Positions 49,498-59,761 of a stretch of 64,000 nt of DNA are shown one piece after another; position 1 is the first letter of the stretch, and every line of letters starts with the position of its first letter. Position numbers and translations under genes: made by a program. Under the pieces are notes generated by a model. That model saw only the letters and a list, made by a program, of their open reading frames with translations, had not been told where the DNA came from and made no database searches. Origin of the DNA: Terriglobia bacterium (GTDB lineage: Bacteria; Acidobacteriota; Terriglobia; 20CM-2-55-15); NCBI GenBank assembly GCA_965218585.1, contig CBDCLE010000002.1, forward strand, positions 64,001-128,000, given 5' to 3'.

Positions 49498-51875
49498 TCC
49501 TCTCGAATGGAACCTGCTGAGGTCACCTGTGGAGCCTTTCCCTCACACAGAGCGTCCAGGATTAACAGTGAAGGTTCTTTTGCTCCCGGAAACGGACCCA
49601 CGCAGGACGGGCAGCCTTCGTCGCAGGCACAGGAACGAATCAACTGCCGGGTCTCGCCCAGGATGCGTTCTCGAATCTCGTAGAGCGGCCGACTCAACCC
49701 GATCCCTCCAGGATAATTGTCGTAGATGAAGATGGTGGGTTCATGTTCGACCTCAGACGTCTGTCGGAGGGCTTTCTCCGGGGTCGGTTGTGTTTCCTCG
49801 GCGCCGGTCTGAACGGACGATCCCAAGTCGCGACGATCGCACATCAGAAAGACCGAGGCGATTGCCGCCAGTGCATAGGCCACACCGTAGACTCCGTCCA
49901 AGCGCGCAGAAGCTGAAAACGGCAGGGGATCGTAGATACTTCGCGGGATCACGAGCCAATAGGCCGTTGTGTGCATCTCCTGGGTCGGCATGCTGAGCTC
50001 TCCCGAACCCACGTTTTCCATCGTGGTGAACTTCAGTTTCTTGAAGCCCACGACCTGGTGCGCCACGTGGACTTCACCATGCTGATGGATTCGGTCCGAT
50101 TCAGCCGTATCCAGTGCCCGGACATGAGTATAAGTAATCGCATCGGTGTAGTACTCCGACTCGACTCGTTTGACGTAAGCTCTCCGCTCGGGAATATCCA
50201 GCTGCTGAACATAATACTGCTGTCCCTGATGCAGATAGATAGCTTTTTCATGCAACGTCGTAAACGCGCTGGAATAGTCAACCTCACCAATAATTCGTGG
50301 TTCTCCAGTCGTTTCCACGACGAGGAAGTTGTCGGAACCGATACTCCTGAGCGAAATCGAATCGGCCGGATAGGACTCGCTCGTCCAGTGCCACTTCTGC
50401 CCGGCCTTGTGAATGAACTCTCTTTCGGACAGATACTCGAGGATCTCCCCGACATCGTGGCCCCCGAACAGTTCGTCCTCCGCAAAAGGCAACTCGAAGG
50501 TCGCACATTGGAGATGGCTGATCAGGATGTGAATGTTTTCAGGATTGATCAATCCCGATTCGGGCGGTTGCCGGAGGAAATACTCCGGATGGTTGGCAAT
50601 GTACTGATCCAGTGGCGCGCTCGAGGCCACCATGATACCGATGGCGCTCCCACTTCGGCGCCCCGCACGCCCCATGCGCTGCCAGGTGGATGCAACGGTT
50701 CCCGGGTATCCGGCCAGAATCGCCACATCTAGACTTCCGATGTCGATACCCAGTTCCAGAGCGTTGGTTGAAACCACACCCCGGATTGAGCCTTCCCTGA
50801 GTCCACGCTCGATTTCCCTGCGCTCGGTAGGCAGGTAACCCCCGCGGTAACCGACAACAACGTCGTCTTCACCGATCCCCGGACTCAGATCCTCTTTGAG
50901 ATAGCGAACCAGCACCTCTGTGATGAGCCGGCTGTTCGCAAAGACAATAGATCCCTTCGCCCGGCGAAGAAATCCGGCCGCGATCCGCCGGGTTTCCTGA
51001 ACATAGGAACGTCGAATGCCAAGATGCTGGTTAACGACCGGAGGGTTGTAGAAAAACATGTGCTTCTCGCCCTCCGGTGCTCCACTTTCCTGGATCAATT
51101 CGAATTCTTTTCCGGTAAGCCCCTGGGCCAGTTCCCTCGGATTGGCGATGGTCGCCGACGTGGCTATGAAGCGAGGGGTACTTCCATAGAAGCGGCAGAT
51201 CCGTTCCAGGCGACGGAACAGATTAGCGAGGTGGCTCCCGAAAACGCCCCGGTAGGTGTGGAGTTCGTCGATGACTATATATTCCAGGTTCTCGAACAGA
51301 CGCGTCCACTTGGTGTGGTGCGGGAGGATCCCCTTGTGGAGCATGTCCGGGTTTGTCAAAACGACATGTCCGGTGGAACGAATCGCCTGGCGGGCATCCT
51401 GGGGGGTATCTCCGTCGTAGGAATGGATTCGGATTTCACCTGGCAGAGCATCCGACCACTGTATGAGGTCGTCGAGTTGATCGTAGGTCAGCGCCTTGGT
51501 CGGAAACAGATACAGTGCGCGCCGGTCCGGGTTTTCAAGGATGCTCTGTAATACGGGAATGTTGTAGCAGAGGGTCTTGCCCGAAGCGGTCGGCGTCAGA
51601 ACGACTGAGTTTTCGCCCTGGCGCGCGTTTTCGTAACATTGAACCTGGTGCGAATACAGTCGGGAGACGCTTCGCTCCCCCAGAACGCGCTTGATTTCCG
51701 GATCCAGCGAAGCCGGCAGATCCACCCATTTAGCCTCGCGCGCCGGAATCCGGTGATAGCCCGTAACGCAAGGGTTGCTTTGTAGTTGAACGAGGGGGTC
51801 ACCCTGTTCTCCAGTAGGGGTCAACGCTTCTCTATTGAGTTGATCCTTCAGCCGCACCTGGAGTTCAGAGCGCAT
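49494..51875 (-). CDS. YprA/MrfA/Hrq1-like DEAH helicase with DUF1998 Zn domain
   Basis: TPTASGKT, PTKAL, DELH, SAT, TNALELGIDIG, QRMGRAGR, C-terminal CACDEGCPSC. Confidence 0.93.
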   Translation of the reverse strand: MRSELQVRLKDQLNREALTPTGEQGDPLVQLQSNPCVTGYHRIPAREAKWVDLPASLDPEIKRVLGERSVSRLYSHQVQCYENARQGENSVVLTPTASGKTLCYNIPVLQSILENPDRRALYLFPTKALTYDQLDDLIQWSDALPGEIRIHSYDGDTPQDARQAIRSTGHVVLTNPDMLHKGILPHHTKWTRLFENLEYIVIDELHTYRGVFGSHLANLFRRLERICRFYGSTPRFIATSATIANPRELAQGLTGKEFELIQESGAPEGEKHMFFYNPPVVNQHLGIRRSYVQETRRIAAGFLRRAKGSIVFANSRLITEVLVRYLKEDLSPGIGEDDVVVGYRGGYLPTERREIERGLREGSIRGVVSTNALELGIDIGSLDVAILAGYPGTVASTWQRMGRAGRRSGSAIGIMVASSAPLDQYIANHPEYFLRQPPESGLINPENIHILISHLQCATFELPFAEDELFGGHDVGEILEYLSEREFIHKAGQKWHWTSESYPADSISLRSIGSDNFLVVETTGEPRIIGEVDYSSAFTTLHEKAIYLHQGQQYYVQQLDIPERRAYVKRVESEYYTDAITYTHVRALDTAESDRIHQHGEVHVAHQVVGFKKLKFTTMENVGSGELSMPTQEMHTTAYWLVIPRSIYDPLPFSASARLDGVYGVAYALAAIASVFLMCDRRDLGSSVQTGAEETQPTPEKALRQTSEVEHEPTIFIYDNYPGGIGLSRPLYEIRERILGETRQLIRSCACDEGCPSCVGPFPGAKEPSLLILDALCEGKAPQVTSAGSIREE

Positions 51876-52006
51876 GAGGCCCAAGATCACCCTTTCCAGG
51901 GCCAAGACAGGTCCACAACTCGGCCACTAACATTGTCGGACAGGAGGTCTGCACGTATGATGGAGATCAGCCCTTCGAACACATAACTCTGGAGGATCCA
52001 AGCCTG

Positions 52007-53494
52007 ATGAAAGTTCAACTCCGCTACGAGAATCCACAGAAGGTCAAGACAGACCTCCTCGTAGTCATACTCGACAAAGATGCGCGCCTGCACGATCTGG
52101 GACGGTCTCCCTTGACGGAAACCGTCGATCGCCTCCGAAGAAATTTTAGATCGAAGCGACTGAAGCAACAGTACTTCGCCCCGCGTGCCGGTCGGAGTGC
52201 GTCTACCCACCTGGCCGTATATTCGACCTCACTCGATCCGGCATTCAACGTCTGGGAAAACCTGAAAAGCTATGTGGCAAGGGCGATACGCACGGCCCGC
52301 AATCACGGGTTGAAGCGGGTCTCGATCGTACTCAACACCGACGACGCGGCTCCCTTTGTTGGAAAGGCTGTGGAAGGGGCTCTTCTCGGCTCCTATTGCT
52401 TCTCGAGCTACAGGAAGGACAGCAAAGAGAAACAGGAATTCTTCGACAAGATGCGGGTGGATCTGATCGCCCTGAAATCGAACGATGAACAGAACCGGCG
52501 CTATCTGGATCGTTACACGACGGTTTCGGATGCGGTCAACTACGCCCGGGATCTGATCAACGAACCCGGCTCGGTCGTGACTCCTCGGCGGATGGCCGCC
52601 GACGCTCGCGAAATAGCCAAAGAATCCAAACTGGATGTCCGGATCTGGGACCCCAATCAACTCAAGAAAGAAGGCTTCAACGGCCTGGTCCAGGTTGGCC
52701 GGGGCAGTGCCAACAAGCCCAGGTTGATAAGCTTGTCCTACAGCGCGGAAGGATCACCCCATCGACTTGCGCTGGTCGGTAAGGGTGTGACATTCGACAC
52801 GGGGGGTATTTCCCTGAAGCCGGCTGACAGAATGTTCGAAATGAAAGGCGACATGTCGGGGGGCGCGGCTGTTCTGGCGGCCATGAAAGCGATCGGAAAA
52901 CTCAAACCCAACGTGAACGTCGTGGGTATCGTTCCGGCCGCCGAAAACACCCCGGACGCCGAAGCCCAGCGCCCCGGTGACATCTGGTTTGCCCGAAACG
53001 GTAAATCCATCATGGTGGACAATACCGATGCCGAAGGGCGTCTGATCCTGACCGACGGCCTGGGCCTGGCCGGCGACCTGGGTGCCACACACATCGTTGA
53101 TATCGCGACGCTCACTGGTGCCTGTGTCCGCGCGCTGGGACAGAGCATTGCCGGTGTGATGGGCAATTCACCGGACCTGATCAGAGCGGTGATCGCCTCG
53201 GGCGAAAACCATGGAGAGAGCTTCTGGGAGTTGCCACTTCCCGAAGAATACAAGGCTTTGCTCAAGACACCGTATGCGGACCTCAACAATATTGGTGGCC
53301 CGATGGCGGGGGCTTCCACAGCGGGCTTGTTCCTCCAGGAATTCGTTCCTCGGAAGACCCCGTGGGCTCATCTGGATATCGCCGGGCCGTTCATGAGAGA
53401 CAAGCCTTGGAAATACTACGAAGCCGGAGGAATCGGTTTCGGGGCCAAGACTCTGGTCGATCTGGCCGAGCGGTTTGGGAATTATTTCGACTGA
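52007..53494 (+). CDS. pepA: Leucyl aminopeptidase (M17)
   Basis: GKGVTFDTGG, MKGDMSG, NTDAEGRL, WAHLDIAG. Confidence 0.95.
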   Translation: MKVQLRYENPQKVKTDLLVVILDKDARLHDLGRSPLTETVDRLRRNFRSKRLKQQYFAPRAGRSASTHLAVYSTSLDPAFNVWENLKSYVARAIRTARNHGLKRVSIVLNTDDAAPFVGKAVEGALLGSYCFSSYRKDSKEKQEFFDKMRVDLIALKSNDEQNRRYLDRYTTVSDAVNYARDLINEPGSVVTPRRMAADAREIAKESKLDVRIWDPNQLKKEGFNGLVQVGRGSANKPRLISLSYSAEGSPHRLALVGKGVTFDTGGISLKPADRMFEMKGDMSGGAAVLAAMKAIGKLKPNVNVVGIVPAAENTPDAEAQRPGDIWFARNGKSIMVDNTDAEGRLILTDGLGLAGDLGATHIVDIATLTGACVRALGQSIAGVMGNSPDLIRAVIASGENHGESFWELPLPEEYKALLKTPYADLNNIGGPMAGASTAGLFLQEFVPRKTPWAHLDIAGPFMRDKPWKYYEAGGIGFGAKTLVDLAERFGNYFD

Positions 53495-53616
53495 ATAGCG
53501 TCGATTTCCGGACAGGCCAAGGAAAAAAGAACTTTACAAAAGGTATGTCCCCGAAACATAACAATGGCCGGATTTGATAACAATTGCCAGGAAGGCACAT
53601 CAGGAGGGCTAACAGG

Positions 53617-53769
53617 ATGGAACCGAAAAGCTTAATCGAAGGATTCGAACTCGAACTCGAAATCAAAGTAGAAGAATTAGAAGAGCGCATTGCTCCCGGT
53701 GAGTTGGTCTGGCCATTCCCTGGTGGTAAAGGCAAGGGCGGCGGAGGCGGAGGCCACGGCGGTCGCTAA
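53617..53769 (+). CDS. 50-aa peptide with acidic leader (EELEERIAP) and Gly-rich tail; RiPP-precursor-like
   Basis: RBS AGGAGG 9 nt upstream; own terminator. Confidence 0.75.
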   Translation: MEPKSLIEGFELELEIKVEELEERIAPGELVWPFPGGKGKGGGGGGHGGR

Positions 53770-53784
53770 AGAGTTTCGCTAGAG

Positions 53785-53815
53785 AAAGCCCCCGTTTCAG
53801 ACAACGGGGGCTTTT
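53785..53815 (+). terminator. Intrinsic terminator
   Basis: AAAGCCCCCGTT-tcagac-AACGGGGGCTTTT. Confidence 0.85.
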
Positions 53816-53984
53816 CTTGTTTTCCTGCTCTTTTCTCGTTCCCTGGCCCCTAAATTCCGTAAAGAATTCAGGTATCTCAACCACGCGATTACGAAAGAAC
53901 GCCTTAAAACTATAATTCCTTTATTTAGCGTAAATTAATTAAATATTTTATGTATTTTTTTGCTTGCGCGTAATCGCGTCCCCC

Positions 53985-54074
53985 ATGATATGCTTCCGCT
54001 CAACGCAGAGTTCCTATGACGGGCAACTAGGCAAAGGCAAGGGCGGCGGAGGCGGAGGTCACGGCGGTCGCTAG
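53985..54074 (+). CDS. 29-aa ORF sharing the GKGKGGGGGGHGGR tail (start uncertain)
   Basis: MICFRSTQSSYDGQLGKGKGGGGGGHGGR; last 45 nt match 53725-53769 with 3 synonymous changes. Confidence 0.45.
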   Translation: MICFRSTQSSYDGQLGKGKGGGGGGHGGR

Positions 54075-54082
54075 AACATTCT

Positions 54083-54152
54083 ACGAATCCCCTATCGTTT
54101 GATAGGGGATTCGTTTTTCCCTTCAAAATGCAGCTTCGGCTGCATTTTTTTT
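54083..54152 (+). terminator. Two tandem intrinsic terminators
   Basis: ACGAATCCCCTATC-gttt-GATAGGGGATTCGTTTTT and AAAATGCAGC-TTCG-GCTGCATTTTTTTT. Confidence 0.85.
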
Positions 54153-54257
54153 GCCCACAAGACTATGAAACACACGATGATTTCCGCCAACTTTTTCTTC
54201 TCACCTCTGTGATCTCTGTGCCTCTGTGGTTAATATTTCTTTGGGAGTGAAAAGAAG

Positions 54258-54587
54258 TTGAAACTCGGTATCTCAGATCACATCGACTGCGCCCACTTCT
54301 TGCCCGGACATCCCAAGTGCGGAAAACTCCACGGACACACCTATAAGGTCGAGATTATTATCGAGGGAGAAACAGGCCCCAGCGGTATGCTCCTGGATTT
54401 CGATCAGATGAAGATCGATCTCCGTGCAGCCCTGGACACATACGACCACGCCTCTCTGAACGACTTTCTCGAATACCCGTCGGTCGAAAACATCTGCGAA
54501 CTTCTGCGAGGCAGACTGGGCGAAAAATTCGAATTCCCCTTCACGGTCCGAGTATGGGAGGGCGAGGGAAAGTGGGCGGAGCTTTAG
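54258..54587 (+). CDS. queD: 6-carboxy-5,6,7,8-tetrahydropterin synthase
   Basis: AHFLP.H.KC.KLHGHTY, GMLLDF, DH..LN, PSVEN, VWE. Confidence 0.9.
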   Translation: MKLGISDHIDCAHFLPGHPKCGKLHGHTYKVEIIIEGETGPSGMLLDFDQMKIDLRAALDTYDHASLNDFLEYPSVENICELLRGRLGEKFEFPFTVRVWEGEGKWAEL

Positions 54588-54606
54588 CTGTCCGAGACAA
54601 AAACCA

Positions 54607-54924
54607 ATGTCAAGAATTGACGCCCTAAAGGGTTTTCTCGAGGAGAACCCGAACGATTCCTTTTCGCGCTATGCCCTGGCGATGGAGTACATAAAACTCG
54701 GCAACCCCGATCGAGGGATCTCGGAATTCAATACAGTCGTCGAACGGGATCCCGCCTACGTCGCCACGTATTACCAGCTTGGTAAAGCCTACGAGCGTGA
54801 AGGCCGAGCCGAGGAGGCCCTCCAGACCTACAAGAGTGGAATTGAGGTGGCAATTGAGGCTGGGGACGGCCACACACGGGACGAACTCAGAGAAGCTCTG
54901 ACGATGCTGGAAGGAAATGTTTAA
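54607..54924 (+). CDS. Small TPR protein
   Basis: PNDSFSRYALAMEY, P.YVATYYQLG. Confidence 0.85.
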   Translation: MSRIDALKGFLEENPNDSFSRYALAMEYIKLGNPDRGISEFNTVVERDPAYVATYYQLGKAYEREGRAEEALQTYKSGIEVAIEAGDGHTRDELREALTMLEGNV

Positions 54925-57455
54925 CCGAGAGCATCTAGAAACGGTGCGATGTCCTGCCGGTCCTTCAGGACGGGCTCGAACAGATCCCCCGTCCGCTTCA
55001 GTCTCCTCAAGGTATTTCGGATCGTGAATTTTCCGGGATCGATCCGTCGACGGAGCTCTTCCCACCGGAGCGGCGTCGATACCGGAGCCCCCGGACGTGC
55101 CCGCGGCGAATAGACGGAAGCGACGGTCTTCCCCTTCACGTTCTGCAAGAAATCAATGTACACACCGTTGGGGCGACGGCCGACAGACCGCTCGATCGTC
55201 GCCAGATCCGGCAGTCGTTGAACGACTACAGAAGCGACGGCCTGGGCAAAGCTGCGAATCTCGGAATAAGTGAACCGGCTCTCCAGAAGCGGAAGATAAA
55301 TGTGGAGGCCGCTCGCACCGGATGTTTTAGGATAGGCGCGTAGCTCCAGTTCGTCCAGAACCTTCTTGATCTCTCTGGCAACTCTTTGAACCACCATGTA
55401 AGGTACATCAGCTGAGGGGTCCAGATCGAAAATCACGTAGTCGGGATGGTCCAGAGAGCCAAGTCGCGAACTCCAGGGGTTCTGAGTGATGGCTCCCATG
55501 TTAGCCAGATAGATCAACGTCTCCCGGTCGTCTCCGACAAAGTACCGGATGTACTTGTCCGTGTCTTCGCTCCACAGCCTTTCAGTGCGCACCCAGCCCG
55601 GCGTGTGGTCCGGTGCGTCCTTTTGGTAGAAATGCTCCCCGGTGATGCCGTCGGGATAACGTTTCAACACCAGGGGCCGTTCGTTCAAGTAAGGATTCAG
55701 AACGTCGGCGATTTCTCCGTAGTAGTGAACAAGATCTCCCTTGGTCAGTCCGTCCTTGGGCCAAAAGATCTTTCCAGAATTCGTCAGCTGGACCCGACCT
55801 GCGGCAGAGCCGGGAGGGGACTCCTCGGGAACGGGAGTGGCCTCGGCCACCGTTTCTACAGTTTCTCCGGGTTCCTCGCGAAGGACCGAGTCTCTGGGAT
55901 CGATATCTTCCCGAAAGCGAAGGAACACGGGAGCACGCAACTTACGCTCCCGTGTCCATTCGTTGAACCGAACCTCACACACAAGATCCGGCTTCACCCA
56001 TCTCGCCTGTGACAAATCGGAGGGTATGCTTCGAAGAGGCGCTTTCTTGCGTATCCGAGTTTTCAGCAAGGCATAGGTCGACGCCAGACCTTCGTCGTCG
56101 AAACCAGCTCCGACGCGTCCCACGTAGACCAGATTTCCCCGCGCCTCATACAGACCCAATGCCAGCGCCCCAAAATGTTTCCTGGATCCCGACGGAGGTG
56201 TAAACCCGATCACCACAAAATCTTCCGACTGAGTGGTTTTGACCTTGAGCCATTCCCGCGAACGACGCTGATGGTAGGTAGACTCGCGGCGTTTCGCTAC
56301 GATCCCTTCGAGATCATGAGATTCCGCCGCATCGAAGAACTCCCGCCCCCGACCTTCCACGTGGTCTGAAAAGCGAACCCAACCCATGTCATCGGGAATG
56401 AGCGCGCGAAGCAGAGCCTTTCGATCTTCAACGGAAAATCCCGTGACGGAATAACCGCTGATATAGAGCAGATCGAAGGCATAGAAAAATACAGGCGTTT
56501 CTCTTTCAGCCCTGTTCACATCAGCAGGGCCACTCAGATGGATTCTCGGTTGAATCAGGTTGAAGCGCGAACGTCCGTCCCGATCGAGAGCAACGATCTC
56601 TCCATCCAGGACTGCCGAATCGACCGGCAGCGACCGGATGGCGCTGACAATGCCGGGAAAGCGCCTTCCGATTGCCCTATCGTTCCGGCTCCTCAGGTCG
56701 ACGGCCCCTCCGTTCTTGAAGACCACTGCGCGAATACCATCCAACTTTATTTCGAACAGCCATTCGTCGTCATCGAACGGTTCCTTTGTCAGCGTGGCCA
56801 GCATCGGGGAGATTTTTTCCGGTATCGCTCTCTGACGTTCTTTCTTTACTCCGCGCGTTTCCAGTTCGCGCTCTAGGTCGGCGTTCCAGGTTCTGGTCTC
56901 GGAAAGAGCTTCGCCCACCTGTTCGACCCTCAGGCCGGATAAGACGGACTCGGGACGGGTCAGAGTAATGTCGTCCTTCGCCGCGAAGTCGTCACGGACT
57001 TTGAAGAACAACCATTCCTTTTCCGCGCGTCCGGTCTGGACGAGAACCCATTCCCCGGAAAGTTTCTCCCCCTGAAGAACGAAGTGGAACTTGCGGTTTT
57101 CCCAACCTTCTTCAGGCGTCGGGGGATCAACCATTTCGTAGTCGCCGCGGTCCCACACGATGACCTTGCCGGCCCCGTAGTTGCCTTCTGGAATAACACC
57201 TTCAAAACCCCCGTAGTCAACCGGATGGTCCTCGGTCTGGATGGCCAGGCGTTTCTCCCGAGGGTTCAGCGACGGGCCCTTGGGAACGGCCCAGGATCGT
57301 AAAACTCCCTCCATTTCCAGCCGAAGGTCGTAGTGGAGGCGTGAGGCGTGGTGTTTCTGAATGACGAAACTTCGTCCTCGGCGGCGCTTCGGTTTTCCCC
57401 CAGGCTCGGGCGTGCTGTCGAACCTGCGTTTCCGTTTGTATTCCTCAAGTGACAT
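54921..57455 (-). CDS. ligD: NHEJ DNA ligase D (phosphoesterase-ligase-polymerase)
   Basis: QKHHASRLHYDLRLE; EIKLDGIR; EGIVAK; DLDP, KTSGASGLH. Confidence 0.95.
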   Translation of the reverse strand: MSLEEYKRKRRFDSTPEPGGKPKRRRGRSFVIQKHHASRLHYDLRLEMEGVLRSWAVPKGPSLNPREKRLAIQTEDHPVDYGGFEGVIPEGNYGAGKVIVWDRGDYEMVDPPTPEEGWENRKFHFVLQGEKLSGEWVLVQTGRAEKEWLFFKVRDDFAAKDDITLTRPESVLSGLRVEQVGEALSETRTWNADLERELETRGVKKERQRAIPEKISPMLATLTKEPFDDDEWLFEIKLDGIRAVVFKNGGAVDLRSRNDRAIGRRFPGIVSAIRSLPVDSAVLDGEIVALDRDGRSRFNLIQPRIHLSGPADVNRAERETPVFFYAFDLLYISGYSVTGFSVEDRKALLRALIPDDMGWVRFSDHVEGRGREFFDAAESHDLEGIVAKRRESTYHQRRSREWLKVKTTQSEDFVVIGFTPPSGSRKHFGALALGLYEARGNLVYVGRVGAGFDDEGLASTYALLKTRIRKKAPLRSIPSDLSQARWVKPDLVCEVRFNEWTRERKLRAPVFLRFREDIDPRDSVLREEPGETVETVAEATPVPEESPPGSAAGRVQLTNSGKIFWPKDGLTKGDLVHYYGEIADVLNPYLNERPLVLKRYPDGITGEHFYQKDAPDHTPGWVRTERLWSEDTDKYIRYFVGDDRETLIYLANMGAITQNPWSSRLGSLDHPDYVIFDLDPSADVPYMVVQRVAREIKKVLDELELRAYPKTSGASGLHIYLPLLESRFTYSEIRSFAQAVASVVVQRLPDLATIERSVGRRPNGVYIDFLQNVKGKTVASVYSPRARPGAPVSTPLRWEELRRRIDPGKFTIRNTLRRLKRTGDLFEPVLKDRQDIAPFLDALG

Positions 57456-57475
57456 GCCCGCGTATAATACGCGCC

Positions 57476-57748
57476 ATGGGACGCAGGCGAATCAAAAAGA
57501 AGGAGGCTGTCCTTCCCTTTCGGCAGACCGTCGCCTACCGATTTATCATGGTTGTCGCAGCATTCATTCTGTTTCTTATTGCCTCGTTCCAGATCATCCG
57601 ATCGATCCAGCTTGGCAGCACGCCCGCCATAGTCGTTTCTTCAGTACTGGCGTTGATCACTGCAGCTTTCACTGTCTATAACCTCAACCAGATGAGGGAA
57701 GCGAAAGTACCCCGCCGCACAGCGCAGAGAATGAAGCGAAACCGTTAG
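57476..57748 (+). CDS. Small two-TM membrane protein
   Basis: Basic termini, two hydrophobic helices. Confidence 0.65.
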   Translation: MGRRRIKKKEAVLPFRQTVAYRFIMVVAAFILFLIASFQIIRSIQLGSTPAIVVSSVLALITAAFTVYNLNQMREAKVPRRTAQRMKRNR

Positions 57749-57815
57749 CTCTAGTGGCCTGTACCACCCAAAGACCCATCGGCGCTGGTCCCAATATGGG
57801 TCGTACAGGTCACTA

Positions 57816-58991
57816 CTAATGTTTCTCTGTTGGAACCTTCGTCGGCCCATCGTGATGACTACTGACAATTACACCTGGAAGATCGGGAACTGAACGCCGT
57901 AATTCGAACAACGTCAGCAGGAGAGCCATCGAGTGAGAGAAGAACCACAAGGGCGCAAACCAGGCGGCTGCCCCGAGGCGCCGAGAGTAGCAGAAGTAGG
58001 AAGTTGCCATGAGACTGTAGCTGAAAGCAGAAAAGTATAGGATTCCCGAACCAGAAAAACCGTCCTGCCCTGCAAGAATACCGAAAATAATCCCGATCAC
58101 GGAAACCACGGAGATGACTGCGCTGCCAAGAACAAATGCGACAACCCGCCCGACGCTCAGCCCTCCTGCATCGAGATTCGACATCATCGCGCGGATCGTG
58201 GCCTCTCGGGCGATCCAACCGGAACCATCGCCTTGAAACGTTTTAAGACCTTCAACCCTGTAACTCCAGAGAGTCCAACCGGATTCGTTCAGAATCCCGG
58301 GTAATCGGTTCATCTTGTTGATCACAGCGTGGGTCTGACCGTGAAGCAACAGGAAAGGGGCCGACAGGCTGAGGCGACTGGACTTCTCACGGCCCCGATC
58401 CACGACTGCGATCATTCGAACGAACCATTCCAGAGAAGGCGCCAGGAGTTTCTGCCAGAGCGACCGGCATTCGATGCCAGCAGACAGGGCGACAGCCTTT
58501 ATGCCTTCTGTTTCGGAAAATTCCATGGCGGATTCCGCAGCGTAAGGCTCGAGCGCCACATCCGAATCCAGCACAAGAATCCATGAACCCCGCAAGCTTG
58601 GCTGGGCATGGTCCAGAGCACGAATGCGGGTTGCCTCGTCTTCGATGGAGAATGTTATCGGGATGGGCCGGACGGGAATATGTGATCGGAGCGCGGAAAA
58701 CTCCCGCGCGAGGCTCGCTTGGCTGGTGTCTCTCTGATCGTAAACAATGAGTAACTCGATGAACGGATACGACTGATCGAGAACGGACTGCAGGCAGCGG
58801 CGCCGGGCCTCTGCCCTGCCCCGGAGAGGAACCAGCACTGAAATGACCCCCTCTGTTCGGGTCGAGCGAATTGTGGCCAGGCGAGACCCGCGTGTGAGCG
58901 CAAACCAGCTTTCAAGGAAGATGACCAGAGTGACCAGCGCTGATATCCAGGAAACGAACAACAGGGCGTATTGGAGAGAGACACCGGTCAT
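57816..58991 (-). CDS. Glycosyltransferase family 2 membrane protein (divergent)
   Basis: ISVLVP, CLQSVLDQSYP, LVLDSD, C-terminal TMs. Confidence 0.75.
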   Translation of the reverse strand: MTGVSLQYALLFVSWISALVTLVIFLESWFALTRGSRLATIRSTRTEGVISVLVPLRGRAEARRRCLQSVLDQSYPFIELLIVYDQRDTSQASLAREFSALRSHIPVRPIPITFSIEDEATRIRALDHAQPSLRGSWILVLDSDVALEPYAAESAMEFSETEGIKAVALSAGIECRSLWQKLLAPSLEWFVRMIAVVDRGREKSSRLSLSAPFLLLHGQTHAVINKMNRLPGILNESGWTLWSYRVEGLKTFQGDGSGWIAREATIRAMMSNLDAGGLSVGRVVAFVLGSAVISVVSVIGIIFGILAGQDGFSGSGILYFSAFSYSLMATSYFCYSRRLGAAAWFAPLWFFSHSMALLLTLFELRRSVPDLPGVIVSSHHDGPTKVPTEKH

Positions 58992-59061
58992 GCATCCTTT
59001 CTACGGCTCGTGTCGGTTCCATGTCAAGAAGGGAAAGAGGTTTCAGCCCCAGCCTTGAACT

Positions 59062-59688
59062 CTACCTATAATAATAGCGGAGTCTTTGATAGAGCTCGGC
59101 TGTGGCCTTGCAATCGGAAAGACAATAGTCAGCTATCTCGTCGATTCGTCCTTCCTTGAAATAGGCGCCCACTTTGCTCCCGTCGATACCGTTCTTGGGC
59201 GAAGGAACACCGAATATTTCACAGAAATAGTCCAGCGTTCCTTTTCGATAACGGTCGTAGTTGGTGAGCGCCTCCCGTACATCGAAGTGGCGGTCTGTGG
59301 AAAACCGGCGGGTGTCGAGCAGAACCTCCCTGGGAGCCATGACTCCCAGAATCGCGCTCCGAACGTTGATGTACGGAAAATCGAACGATTTCCCGTTGAA
59401 GGTCACAAACCGCGTCGGACGAATCTGAGCCAGGTCTGCCCAGAAATTAGACAGCAGCTCGCGTTCGTCGGCCTGGCAATACGCCCGCGAGCGATCTACC
59501 TCCAGCCAGTAGACACCGATGCAGATGATCTTTCCCGTACACGGATCCAGACCGAAACGATCTACGATTTCGATCTTTGCGTCCTCATCCTCCCTTCCAA
59601 TGAGGATCTCCAGTGCCCGCTCGGGAATGGTTTCCGGGTCCTGGCCAACGGTCTCGATATCGACGATAAGAGTGGTGTAACTGGCCAC
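59062..59688 (-). CDS. PolB-like 3'-5' exonuclease (RNase H-like)
   Basis: VDIETV, VTFNGKSFDFP, HFDV, I..YC..D. Confidence 0.88.
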   Translation of the reverse strand: MASYTTLIVDIETVGQDPETIPERALEILIGREDEDAKIEIVDRFGLDPCTGKIICIGVYWLEVDRSRAYCQADERELLSNFWADLAQIRPTRFVTFNGKSFDFPYINVRSAILGVMAPREVLLDTRRFSTDRHFDVREALTNYDRYRKGTLDYFCEIFGVPSPKNGIDGSKVGAYFKEGRIDEIADYCLSDCKATAELYQRLRYYYR

Positions 59689-59761
59689 GCCTAATCCTAG
59701 CCTCGGAGATGGTCAGATCTGGTCGAGCTGCTGTCTGGAATGAATGGACGGATTCAGGCGG

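Noticed and set aside
48168-54233. Short CTTTGCG and CTCTGTG iterations at ~48175 and ~54206
   Set aside because: Only 2-3 short units each; likely common REP-like motifs, too little to call
53990-54257. preQ1 or other riboswitch upstream of queD
   Set aside because: No recognisable aptamer consensus; the hairpins look like plain terminators (an Rfam scan would settle it)
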